DNA of 64,000 nt from Nitrospirales bacterium (GCA_965203295.1 CBDBCZ010000014.1:320001-384000); one strand, 5' to 3'. Counted from the stretch's first letter, positions 39,251 through 51,062 are shown. A program made the numbers and translations. The notes: a model not told the origin generated them from the letters alone.

Positions 39251-39697
39251 ATGGCCACTTGTGTCAAAAAGGCTTCAGTGTTTGCCGCATCCAAACTGGG
39301 CTACGAGACTCTGAAGAAGGAGCAGAAGGAAGCAGTAAAAGCGTTTGTAGATGGCAATGACGTATTTGTGTTTCTTCCCACTGGTTTCAGAGACTTCCTG
39401 TGTTTTGTGTTGTTACCCTACGTATTCGATTATATGAGAGGGAACATAGAGTCACCAATGTCGATCGCTCTTTGTGTTTCGCCACTCACCAGTTTAGTGA
39501 TGGATCAGCGGAACAAGTTGTCACCAAGGGAGTTACGGTATGAGTTCCTGGGAGAGGCTCAAGCAGACCCACAGGCGGTAAAAGATGTTGAAGCTGGAAA
39601 GTATCCGCTAGTTTACCTTAGCCCTGAATCACTGTTGACGAACCCTACTTGGAAAGAGACCATGAGAAGTCCTACATATCATAATCATCTTTGTTGA
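39251..39697 (+). pseudogene. RecQ-like SF2 helicase N-terminal fragment (AcademH-type)
   Basis: LGYETLKKEQKEAVKAFVDGNDVFVFLPTGF (Walker A GKS decayed), VSPLTSLVMDQ, LVYLSPESL, frameshifted VDES. Confidence 0.85.
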
Positions 39698-39939
39698 TGA
39701 GTCCCAAAAAATGGTACCGGTAATCCCTGTAGTAAAAACTATTTGTGCAGTAGATTGTATTGCTGATATAGTCTTGATACCAGCCTGCCTATCAAGGCAG
39801 AGACTACTGCTAATAAATCATCAAAACTGGTGACCCATTAATTATACTGGAGATATGCATGCACAGTGTAGGCCTTGCACATGTGCATTCGGTAGGTGTG
39901 CTTTGCTATGCACGTTTATTGAAGCAAGAGTGAAGTGAA

Positions 39940-40110
39940 AATGGCCAAATGAGAGTGTGATTTTGAGGAGTATGAAGACGTGGACAAGGTGATGCATGCC
40001 TCCCCAAGGCATGGTTTGGTGGTGACATCTGTATCCCCCATGAAAAGAGCAGAACTTGCTCTTGGAGAGATCTCGAATGGGAGGGCTTCTATGCGGATGC
40101 TTTTGTTGTG
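39940..40110 (+). pseudogene. Possible second OB-fold-like fragment
   Basis: HGLVVTSVSPMK..GEISNGRASMR. Confidence 0.35.
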
Positions 40111-40809
40111 GCTGCCTCTATTTGCTTTCTCTTGCAGAGTGTTAAAAAAAACCCTAGCCCTTTCCCCGATTGTCTCACCATCGTCATCCATGGCCGGCCA
40201 ACACACGTGGAATTGTGAGAACTCAGCTATAAAGGGCCAACTACACCATGTGCAGTACGCAGTAAAATTACACTCCTAAGCGTGACACATACCACAGCCC
40301 CTTCCCCACAATGTAACATTAAAGTCAGTGTTTGCAATGTAAGAGGGTAGAAAGATTGCCCTAATGTGCGACCTAATGTACGTACTGAATAATCTGTGTA
40401 TGTGAAACCTTTGTAGACAATGAACAAGAAATTGGCCTACATGGATATACGTGGTTCGAAAATAATAGGAAACAGTTGGCAAAATAAGCTGTTAGAGGGT
40501 TAGGTAGGTCATTAAAAATGACTTATTTACTAATTTCTCAGTCATATCAATGAAAAAATCATGTTAGGCTTTATTAAATTAGTGACACAAATGGACCACT
40601 AGATAAATCAAAATCATGGCATCCAACTCAAGCCATCAATTGGAGTGAATTGGCAAGAAGACAAGGTGTCGAAAAGAGTAATCGTGGCCAGATAGTCAAA
40701 GAGTTCCCAAGGTCCATGAAATCCCAGTAGCAATCTTGGACCAAAAAAGGAAGTCACTCATGCCAGCGAAAGAGGAAGATCCTGCATAGGACTAATTAGC
40801 AGGCAGAGC

Positions 40810-41150
40810 ATTGGCATATATGTGTTACCTCCCTCTTATTGGCTCTAGCCGTGGTGACTGCTCCCAGGAGTTTTTGAAACTTTAAAGCCCCTTGTCATAG
40901 ATAACTTCCAAAAAGAAAATTCTTTCATCTGTGGGGACTTTAATGCAAGATGTGGTGGTTTGGAAGATTGCCAGAATGGAAATGCAATCCCTCCTAGACA
41001 AGTAATAGATACAAATACAAATTCCTTAGGAAAATTGAACGCTTACAAGCTCTTGAACACTGTATGCTGAATGGACGTTTTGGTACCTCTAGTAACAAAT
41101 TTACTTCAGTGTCTAGTAAGGGTTTGGCTTTGGTCAACTACACTCTAGTG
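40810..41150 (+). pseudogene. LINE apurinic-like endonuclease (APE) fragment
   Basis: CYLP..FICGDFNARCG..RQVIDTNTNSLGK..LNGRF..FTSVSSKGLALVNY. Confidence 0.8.
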
Positions 41151-42529
41151 CCATTGCCTTTTTTTGATAAAAATCAAAACTTTACCATCCATGATGTGAT
41201 TGAGATACGCAGTTAACAAATTTTGTATACCGGTTGACTCCTCACTGCCAGAATATACGTAGTAACCTTGGGAAGTGGCTTCAGAGGGGGAAAAGACGAC
41301 ATACAGCATTGCTCGGGCGACCCAGAAAACCAAGTCAGCAGCAGTAGTCACGGCACCCCACCCCCCAACGCTCCCCTCCCATCAACCTCAGCTGCGAGGA
41401 GACCCTTGAACTCAATGAGGAGGCAGGAAGCAGCAGTGAGCTGGAGCTACACACAAATGTAAAGAGGAAAAACAAGAAATTGACCAGATACCCTATGCCA
41501 GGTGCATGTAGTCAGGCCACTTGTTCACAATGCACAGCTCCCATGCAAGGTGACCTAGCTACTACGTAACTAGAACCACTAGTCCATAACGACCTACTGT
41601 AGTATGTGCAGAAATTGTGGTGGCACCTCGAGATGGAGTCAGTCTGCAAGTAGTCAACTCTATTAAGTCTAAAGTTCTACTGACTGTCTGCAAGCAGTCA
41701 AGTCTGGCTAACCTAAAGATCTCTAGGACTGAAATAGCAGAATCTAAGTGGGTGTGGGTCACGTGACAAAATGGGCAGTCATCATACAATGGGAAGACTC
41801 ATAAAATCTTACGAGATACCCTAGTAGATCCTTCCTCTTAAGTGTTCCCAGACTGGGAAAAAATTATCTACAACTGTCTCCGCTCTGTCAAGGGAGGACA
41901 CAGTCGCTTGACAGCAAGTGATGCGCAAAGCTACTGGTCAATATGGGTGGTGTAACATATGCAGTGCAGTTTTTAAACTATTCAGATAAGGTAATAATAT
42001 GTGGCAATTCAGCTAGTTCAAGCTGTTTGCATCAATAGAGATGTGCACCTATATAAAGTTCATTGTATATGTATCCAGGCGAGACTAACACAACCGCAAA
42101 GACTACCACAAGACCACAAGTGAAGAAGGCCAAAATTGAAGTAAGTGTACGTGCATTAGCTGATTAGTAGACACAGCAGTATGTATTCAATCAGTCATTA
42201 CCCTGAAGATCTTTAATTTTATCCATAATTCCAATTCAAATTTCTTATATATGCAGTCAAGCTCCCAGCAGCAGAGTGGTGGTATTCCACCTAGAGTACC
42301 CCAAATTCCAAATGCTGAAGTAATTAACGCACTGAAGTTGAAGCTGCTTGTTATATAGGTAGCTAGGTAGTATTAGTGCACAATACAGTATCATCAGGTA
42401 TGGTTTCTTTTGCCATTCAGGAAGATTCCACCAGTGCATGCGCTGGCAGTGGGCATCAGGTTTGTAGTGCAGGCAGAGTGAGTTGGTGAAAAGCTTGAAT
42501 TGTAGAAAAGTTAATGTCATGGACATTTG

Positions 42530-43160
42530 CAGGACTTACTTATTCGAATTGATAAGAAGTTGGACAGTGCACTACAACAGCTGAACAAGATTTTCTCCTT
42601 GCAGCAGAAGCAAAGCATATTTTTAAAAAAATACGCATGCATATAGAAACATTTCATGCGTGTCCCGTCTATAGGTTTCCAAAGATCAAAAACTAGCTGC
42701 AGAAAGTGAGGCTGCAGACAGTAAGTTGACTATATCTATTTGTTAAATTGTGCCATTTACTCATGCACTTACTTCATAGCTATACCGATGATTTCTCTGT
42801 TGTACATGGAGTGGATCTTTTGAGGATCCCATCTCAAGATGTGTATGCATATGCATTATCAGTATTAGACGTTTTGTTTACGAAGAAGGAGTTGGAGGAA
42901 TCGCTGCTGTTCGCTTCCGTGAAGAGCACAAAGCCACCGCTAGAAAAATCTAGAGTGGACCAGCTCTTCGGTAGGTTTGAGTAGCTATACCTACATCATA
43001 TCAAGAGTGCTTCTTACGCACTCTTGCGCCTACGTACCTATTAATGTGTACACGGCATTAATTCTATATTTCGTTTCCTCCTGTAGCATGTATAGAACAT
43101 AGGTTTGGTAAAGATTATGCCAAAAACGTAGAGACACACCTAGGGTAAAACAAGAGACTG
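42530..43160 (+). pseudogene. Spliced coiled-coil + BEN-like gene remnant
   Basis: LIRIDKKLDSALQQLNKI exon, then YAYALSVLDVLFTKKELEESL..KPPLEKSRVDQLF|gt, and a truncated last exon. Confidence 0.7.
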
Positions 43161-43279
43161 CCACACATGATTAACATTGTACATAGTTAAGTGTATTCTA
43201 ATGTATTCTTTCTGTAACCAGTTTTAATTATCATTGTCATTATAGCCTTTTGTAATGTAGCCTTCTCCTACATGAATTT

Positions 43280-43663
43280 TGTAAGTATCTGCCAAGAATT
43301 TAACAAGAACATGCAGCTTTGAACTTGCATGTTGCCTGCAAGAATCCTGCAAGGGTCTGGTGTGTTGTCTTGAAAGACACTTGCATGAATCTGGCAAGGG
43401 TCTGACAAGGCCATACAAGACTCTTGAAAGACTCCTAGCTTGTTGGCGCCGGGAGCCTTGGTAGATCTGAAGAATTGTACAAGATAGTGGCAAGATCTTC
43501 ACAAGATGTGTTTCAAAATCTGGTCAGATTCTAACAAGATCCTTCAAAGAATCTTGTAGAGTTCTTGGAGAGAACTTGTGTGGTCTTTCAAGATCTGCTC
43601 TGCAGTAGATGCATGGCCTCAGGTGAATTCTTGCACGAACCTTGGCAAGGTTTTTCAGTAGGG
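43280..43663. repeat. CAAGA/TCTTG subterminal motif array and probable EnSpm-like right end
   Basis: More than 15 caaga/tcttg-type motifs ending tttttcagtaggg. Confidence 0.65.
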
Positions 43664-44001
43664 CTGAGCTGACAGAAGAACTGGTAGTCATGGTGTATAG
43701 GACAAGTGGCAAGCAAACGTTTTGGAATGCACCATCGCAAAAGGGTTGCACAAACCCGGCAGCTGCTGCAGTTACAGCATCCAAGGAGAAAGTACCATCC
43801 CAGAGATAAGAGTGCAAAAGCGGGTGAAGCTACGTAGCTACAAACGCAAGTGGTTTAAGCCTGTTCATAGCAAAGTACCCGCTAAATCCTGCAAGTTCTT
43901 GATTGGTTTCAGTCCAACTCATAGTCAAGCGCAACCAGTCAAACATCAGTTTGTACACAAACAACCGTCTCCACCACCAGCTGTGTGATGTATGATAAAA
44001 A

Positions 44002-44742
44002 ATGGACGTGTTGCCAGAAGTGCTACGTTTTGCGATTTCCAAAGCGTGCTCTACTGGAATGAAGCTGTCATGGACCATGTGGGAAAACGGTGATTACACT
44101 GGAATAAAGCTCTTCTGGAAGCCAGAAGAGTCAACAAACGGAGGTCGTTCTGATGATCGGGCTTCTCGGTCCACTGCACTGACACATCGAAAAAAGAAGA
44201 AACCCTCCCCATCTACCCAGCGTAGGAATGCCCGCCGGCGTGAGTCTTTTCTTAACCACAAGAAAATGGAGGAAAATAACCCTGGGTCGAGGATTGGAGA
44301 CTCTCAGCCTTCCCTTCTATCTAATGCCCACCCCACCGTTTCTCCCCCTACGGATGTAAGTCCTAAGACCATCATTGCTGGAGATAGGAACTCAGAGTTG
44401 GATTTGTCTACTTGCACTGTAGTTGAGTTTGAGCAGCAGGGTGAAATACCAGGTGTGAAATTCACCACCGCCTCTGGAGATGAAGGATGGACTCCTGTAG
44501 TGTCCAAGAGGCGGAAGAAGTGTGTATCAGCAACCAGCCTGAGGTCTGCTGAATGTTCAGAGTCCAGTGACGATGAATTACAATCTTTGAAGTCAGCCAT
44601 GGGTGTTAGGTATGAAGAACGTGGTGGTGCCCCTGGCTTGCTTGTCCGGAGAGGATGTACCATGAGTAGTAGGAAATGGAGAGCTATAGTCCCAAGCCCT
44701 ATTGCCACTAGAACCCGAACAAGAGTTAAACATAATGTGTAA
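44002..44742 (+). CDS. Intronless 246-aa ORF of a probable ORF1-only retroposon ending in (TATC)n at about 44908
   Basis: Open ATG-TAA frame, basic KKKKPSPSTQRRNARR segment, internally duplicated module, short 3' UTR then tatctatctatctatcta. Confidence 0.65.
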   Translation: MDVLPEVLRFAISKACSTGMKLSWTMWENGDYTGIKLFWKPEESTNGGRSDDRASRSTALTHRKKKKPSPSTQRRNARRRESFLNHKKMEENNPGSRIGDSQPSLLSNAHPTVSPPTDVSPKTIIAGDRNSELDLSTCTVVEFEQQGEIPGVKFTTASGDEGWTPVVSKRRKKCVSATSLRSAECSESSDDELQSLKSAMGVRYEERGGAPGLLVRRGCTMSSRKWRAIVPSPIATRTRTRVKHNV

Positions 44743-45376
44743 ATTCATGGATCATAATTATTTGTCTCATAGGTCATCTTTATTCCCATTAATCTGTACA
44801 GATTTCCACATTGTTTTTGTAGGATATAAATTATGCATGTCTCATGGGTCAAATTTGGCCCGCTGCCCTTGGGGCGTGACTATAAAAATTTATCTATCTA
44901 TCTATCTATACAGTATGGGTCATAAAAAAGGTATGACATTATTAAGTCATTTGTTGGGCACTTTACTTTGTGGAACACTGTCAATGTCTCAAGAGCACAG
45001 GCAAGCAATGTTGATTCTGGCAATTGTAGTCTATTTGCAAATGTTCTTACATAGCTGGACAAAATGCAGTATCCGTGCCACAAGTCAAGGCACATGTACG
45101 TGTATGTGTATGTGCATTTTAGAAGCAATTGTACATGTACATGTATCACATTCTAAACCATTCGTTGGACACTTTACTTTGTGGAACACTGTCACTGTCT
45201 CAAGAACACAAATGTTAATTTGGGCAATTGCAGTTCATTTGCAATGTGCAAGTGTTCTTACATTGCTGGATGAAATATAGTACATGTACCATGGATAGTA
45301 CAATGTACATGCACATGCATACACATTTATGTACATTTTTGAAGCAATTGCGAAGTGATGATACACACACTGGAGG

Positions 45377-45440
45377 TGGTGATGAAAAGAATGCACAGGT
45401 GATGAAAAGAATGCACAGGTGATGAAAAGAATGCACAGGT
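45377..45440. repeat. 20-bp tandem x3 upstream of the cargo gene
   Basis: ggtgatgaaaagaatgcaca three times. Confidence 0.9.
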
Positions 45441-45511
45441 GGTAGACAAGGAGTCCTGTGTATTTAAGCCATGCATTACTTTGCACTATGACTAGAAATT
45501 CTTAACTAAAG

Positions 45512-47088
45512 ATGGAAAGCTGCTACACTTACGTTCGTTTCTGCGGAAATAAATCCAAGCGGTGGGATGGGAAGTGTTCTGAAGTGCCCAGCAAAACAAT
45601 TGTGAAGACTGGACTCTGCAACGTAGAAGGGTTGGAAGAGGCAGACGTCCATTGGCCAGCAAAGGGCAGCAAGCCTGGCAAGGGGGGAAAGGTGTGGAAG
45701 TGCGTGATCTTGCCGGAGGAGGAGGCTGGCAGCGGTGGTGCAGGTACAGGCGCAGATGGCCCTTCGCCCAAGAAACAGAAAACCGATGATGGCGGTGCTT
45801 TGACAAAGCCGCTTAGTAAGTTGATCGCTGTTGACAGCATGCCGTGCCGAATAGGTCATGTGGTGTGCACGCGCATGTCATGTGCTAGTCTTGTCCCCAG
45901 CCTGCTAGTCATGTGCTAGTCTCGTCCCCAGCGCAGCCTGCTAGTCATGTGCCTACGTATTTGCTGACTTACCTACTTTGTCTTGACGTCTAGTACCTGA
46001 CACTGCAACCAAGATATTAGCTCAGACGACCCGTGCGCCGGAGGAGGATGATAAGAGCCCGGCGGTGGCGACACTATTGGCAGAGGTGTTTGGAGAGCCG
46101 GGTATGTCAGAGCTGCTGGCGCAGCCGGAAGCAGCAGCCATCCAGCCTGCACCTGCCTCGACCTCTCGCACAATCGAGCCTAGTATCGCCACCCCAGAGA
46201 TGCAAGGTATTACAAGTGACACTGCCTAAAAAAAAAAAATACATAGTTAATAGTAAATATCCCCTACATGTGTAGGTGTAGTTTGCACTGTATCACTGTT
46301 CTGTATTGGTCTGCCACTATTTAGAGTCATTCCAGCAGGAGATCCGGCGCACTCTACATCACATACTGCTCCGTTTTGACTCACTTGATCAGCAGATAGC
46401 TGGAATTAAGCAGCAGCAGCAGCAGGCAGTCCTCTACCCATCCCACGAGCAGGAGCAGGTGATCCTTTCATCACCTGCTCACTCCTTTGCCTCACATTGT
46501 TCGTATCGAGAAGAAGAACTGTATCCATCAAGTGCAGAACAGTATCATAGCTCCATTAAGTTTGCTCCATTTTCCTCTCCACCGACACCCTCCATGATGG
46601 CACCAACGCAGCCAGGTCCGAGCCATCATGCAGGCTCACAGCAGTTGACACCCAGGCAGAGCTACCATGCCCAGCACCATGCAGCCCTCCAACAGTCGAC
46701 ACCAAGCCAATCTACGTATGGATACTACAACACAGGCCCACCGCAGTCACGTTTTAAGGCTACCACTACTTTGAAGGTGCCACTGTCCCCAACCAAACAG
46801 AAGCTGAAACCAGTAGATGTTATTATTCGGCGTAATCGCAAGAATCTAAACCAGGCCGGCATCGGGAGGCTGGCGATTAGCCTTGCAAGGGAAAGTGTTT
46901 TCGGCCCTGATATCATGGCTGAAAATAAGATAACCGAAGATGGCTTGATCTTTATCGAACAAACATTGCACAATCTACTGAAGGATACCGTCTGTGATGA
47001 TGATTTCAATGAACATTATTGGAAGCCGGCACGTAAAGCCATCATGAGAGCCTGTGGTCATGCATCTAAAGGAAAAGAGACAGCTTAA
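45512..47088 (+). CDS. Three-exon 417-aa cargo protein with a C-terminal BEN-like domain
   Basis: Exons 45512-45815, 46021-46206 and 46325-47088 join through GT-AG phase-1 introns without stops. Coiled coil FQQEIRRTLHHILLRFDSLDQQI. C-terminus GRLAISLARESVFGPDIMA..W..ARKAIMRAC. Confidence 0.8.
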
Positions 47089-47675
47089 ATATTATAGTAT
47101 GTATTTCAAACTCACTCACATGACAGATCTACAATAATTGGCACTGTACAACCCTGCATGTATTGTTTTTCCTTGTATACATTCATTCTCTTGTAGTACA
47201 TAACACACTTGAGTTATGTGATATCTATACATGCACTGTATGCTTACGCAAATAATTCTTTCATTCTGACATTACTTATTCCTTATACTACAATAGTACT
47301 AACTTTAATAGTAACTTGCATATAATATTGCCGTTGTACAAGCTCTGCATGATTATTACAATGCGGGAATGATGCTTGCATGATATCAGCGCATGTACCA
47401 ACAAAAAAGTTAAACCGCCTATTATCCTACTCCCAACCTCATAAAAATGAACATGATGTGTATGCATATGACATGGTAATATTTACTGTTTATACATTAT
47501 CTTCATGCATGTACATGTACATGTGTATGGCAACAGTAACGGCAGTAATGAATAATTAATTAAACAATGGAGGAATAAAACAAACAATAAGCGTTAGTTT
47601 ATAGTACCAAAACAAAACTGATTAGATCACTTATTGATACATATACTAATAATGCATGGCAGTAATGCATGACAA

Positions 47676-48801
47676 TTAGTGCCCTGAGGCTGCCCCTTGG
47701 ACCTCTATAACCCTTGGCATAACTTTCTTTAAATGTCCAATGTACTTTCTACATTTGGCTCTGTTTACAGTTCTCCAGAACTGGAGTATACCGTCTACTA
47801 GTCCGGCTTTGGTAGTTGGCTTGACTTCACGACGGATATATTCTTTCAATTCGTGCCATAGATTCTCAATAGGATTCAGATCGGGGGACTCAGGTGGTGT
47901 TTTCCACCAGTCTATTCTGTTTGCAGCAAAGAATGTACGGGCACGTTTTGATGTATGCTTGGGGTCATTATCTTGCATAAAGTAGTACTGCTCGCCATGA
48001 AACAAATCTTCAGCTGAGGGTAGTAACGTTTGCTTTAAAATCTCAACATATGCAATAGAGTTCATAATGCCCTCAAAGATACAGATCCCAGTAGCTCCTC
48101 TGCAGCTGATTCCAGCCCAGACATGTACTTTTACAGGGTGTTTGGGCCTGCAATCAAAGAAATATAGATTAAGGTGATATATTCAATCACAAAAGTGAGC
48201 TGTACAATGTTCAGTAATGTTACAAGAAAATCTGCAATTATCTGTCAGATGCATGATGCATTACTAACCTTGGTTTAGGTCGTGGCTTTTGTCCATGTTT
48301 TCTGCGGCAGAAACGACGATGATTTTCCAACTGCACAGTCGTCTCGTCTGTCCATATCACGTTAGCAAAGTCAGTGTTGAGGTTCTCCTGGCACCACAAT
48401 AGTCTTTTCTGTTTATTCACTTCCCTGATTTGTTGACAGTACGCTGCACCGCGGTATGTCCAACCTAGTTGCCTGCGACAACGTAGGATTGTGGAACGGG
48501 AAAGCTTTATTCCATTTGCTTGAAGAAGCTGGCCTAGTTGGACAGCTGTGGTCTCATCATCCTTTTGCATTTGGTTTTCTACCAATTCCTTGACTCTTGC
48601 TGTGATTTTTGTTGGTCTGAGACTCCCAGATCCTGATTTTCTAGTAGTGCTTTGACTCTCTCTAAACTTACGAAGCAAAGTCCACACTGACTTTTGTGAA
48701 TAGGCTAACCCTTCATCAGCTAGTGCTCTGCTGATAGCAGAGGGCTTTAGCCCTTTTGCAGCATGATACAGAGCTCTCCGTTTCACATACTCATCCACCA
48801 T
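47676..48801 (-). CDS. Tc1 DD34E transposase, two exons, 334 aa, intact
   Basis: Exons 48801-48269 and 48147-47676 (121-bp GT-AG intron). WTDET, FMQDNDPKH, SPDLNPIENLW with 34 residues between the second D and E. Confidence 0.95.
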
Positions 48802-49580
48802 CTTAACAAAAAGCTCACTGTTACGCATTGCAAACTGTGTTACATGGCAGTGTTGATGTGAATTGATACAAGTGAGTAACAATTGCACTCTTTTATAAAA
48901 AATGAGTGGTAATTGCACTCACTTGTGCAATGGGACAATTGTTCAACACTTGCATCCATAAGCAATTGGAAGAGCAATGAACTGGTGTTAATGTACTTAC
49001 ATATGTCTCCCAAGTGTGAAACGTGAGTTGTAATTGTGCATTGCAACAACTGTTCAACAATTGTTGCACCTACACTTGTAAGCAAGCACTTGTAAAGCAA
49101 TTGGAAGAGCAATGAACTGGTGTTAAATACACCTACATATGTCTTCCAATGTGGTATACATTACAATAATAGGTCAATTGCTAGCTAGTGACTCTGCCTG
49201 AATGCAATATTACAGATTGAAGTTCAAAGACCATTTGCCTTACAATTGTTATACCTTTTTTATGACCCATACTGTAGTATTGTGTAAGTGGTTAGTGGGT
49301 TTAGTATGTGTGGTTACCCAGTTGGTATTCCCAGCCTTTAGGGTTGCATTGCTAACAAACTCTGGACCACAATTGACATAATTTTTTTTCGCAGATGCAG
49401 ATCAATATAGAGTTTAACGCAACATCAAGGGACTTTCCCCAGATGTGGTAGGTCAAAGTTAATAGGCGTTGACGCATGCGCAGAGGATACAGTGACCATG
49501 AGGTCCCAGATAGCTGCTGGACACCGCACAAGTCGATCGAAAGACTCCAAGCGCGCCAATTTCTCCACGTTGCTGATCCG

Positions 49581-50718
49581 ATGGCCAAAGAAAGAAACTC
49601 TCGGAGCCGATCACGCTCTCCATCGCCAAAACGTATTCGCCTCAAGCTCACCCGGGAAGAGTTGCCCGACCCCGCAGTGCTGGCGAACCTGCAACTGCCG
49701 ATAATCCCAGCGGAGGAGGCGAGGAACGCTACACTGGCGGCCAGCGAGTCCCTAGGGAACCCTGGTGGCGAAGAGGTACCCCCGGCCCCCGTCTTGAAGG
49801 CAGGGACGTCCCACAACCCCGCGAAAGGGAGCGCAGGGAAAGCAACCTGCAAAGGGGAAGCAGCCAGCACAAGAAAAAAAAAACCTGAGCAGCCCTTTAT
49901 CCTGGGGGAAGGGCTACCCACGGTGCCAGCCAAGCTAGCAGGGAGGATTCACCGTGGGGAGTTCGTCAAAATGGCCGAACTCCTCCAAGACAACATCGAG
50001 GCAGAGCGGTGGCGGGGGTCGGTCCCCGACAACACCTGTGCCGGAGGGGTAGAAAAGGCCAGACAGCAGCGAGAGGTGCCCGACCTGCTAAGCTGGGTTC
50101 AGTGCTTCGGGGTGTACGCCTGCGTTGTAGCGAGCAAGCACCCCGATAAAATCAGAGAGATGATGGCCTACCAGACTACCATCATCTGTGAAGCCCGGCG
50201 CTGCGGAGGGGCAGGCTGGCAGGGCTATGACAATATGTTTCGCCAGCACGCCACCAACCTGCCCAACATTGATTGGTCAAAAGTGAATAACTCTCTCTTC
50301 GCGGTCACCTTCATGGCTCAACAGAACAGCCGTGGGAAGAACTGCGAGTTGTGCCTCGAGCCCGACCACACAGTGACGGAGTGCGCCCTGGCCCCAGCAA
50401 AGCCGAGGAAGCCACCGACACAGCGCCAGCCGGCGGGGCTGGGGATTGTGCCAGCTGGTCAGCACCGGGCTGGCTCCAGCAGGGGTCCAGGGACGAGTAC
50501 ACTGGACCCAGGGGCCAGACAGCCAGCAAGCCCCCGGCAGACCGGCCAGACCGGGTCTGCTACTCTTGGACGACGGCACGTGCCGATTCATCAACTGCCG
50601 CTACAGGCACGAGTGCGCCCGTTGTGGGGGAGATCACCGGGCTGTGGAGTGCCCATTGCGTCCACCGCCAACTTTCAGGCCCAGGCAGGGCCCAAACGCA
50701 CCCCAGAGAGGTGGTTAG
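49581..50718 (+). pseudogene. DIRS/Ngaro gag-like ORF with a C-terminal Cys/His knuckle, frameshifted
   Basis: LGEGLPTVPAKL..GEFVKMAELL..SWVQCFGVY..MAYQTTI..WQGYDNMFRQ. VCYSW/..CRFINCRYRHECARCGGDH split by a frameshift near 50570. Confidence 0.8.
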
Positions 50719-50847
50719 CTGCAGAGGGGGCGCGCAGTAGAGGCGAACAAAGAGACCGCTGTTGTGTTTGTCTTAGCCACATGTACTTGGCTTCTCGTAT
50801 GGTTTTGTTTGGTTGCGCATGAATGACATTGTGTGTGTACACAGGAG

Positions 50848-51062
50848 CTGATGATGGAGAACTGCACGCACCTTTGCCATTGCAGTCTAGTTTGGCCAGA
50901 TTTATTCATTTCCCATCTCCTCCATCGAAGATTCCTGTCATGAATGAGAAGGCAAGTGCCAGAGTTCTAACAAGTTGTGAGAACATGAAGCTGCTCGAAG
51001 AGAAGCAGAAAGCCAAAGCTGAAAAATCTAAGAAGCAGAGGCCCAAAAAGTCAGTTTCTACT
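50848..51062 (+). pseudogene. Possible pogo-like transposase C-terminal exon remnant
   Basis: KASARVLTSCENMKLLEEKQKAKAEK, bounded by AG/GT. Confidence 0.45.

Larger units (their letters stand above)
44911..49274. mobile_element. 4364-bp two-gene Tc1-like transposon
   Basis: 28-bp TIR cagtatgggtcataaaaaaggtat(g/a)aca with 1 mismatch, TA on both flanks. Confidence 0.95.

Noticed and set aside
39230..39697. Host RecQ/BLM/WRN gene
   Set aside because: Truncated, Walker A decayed, and located among Academ remnants, so better explained as an AcademH helicase.
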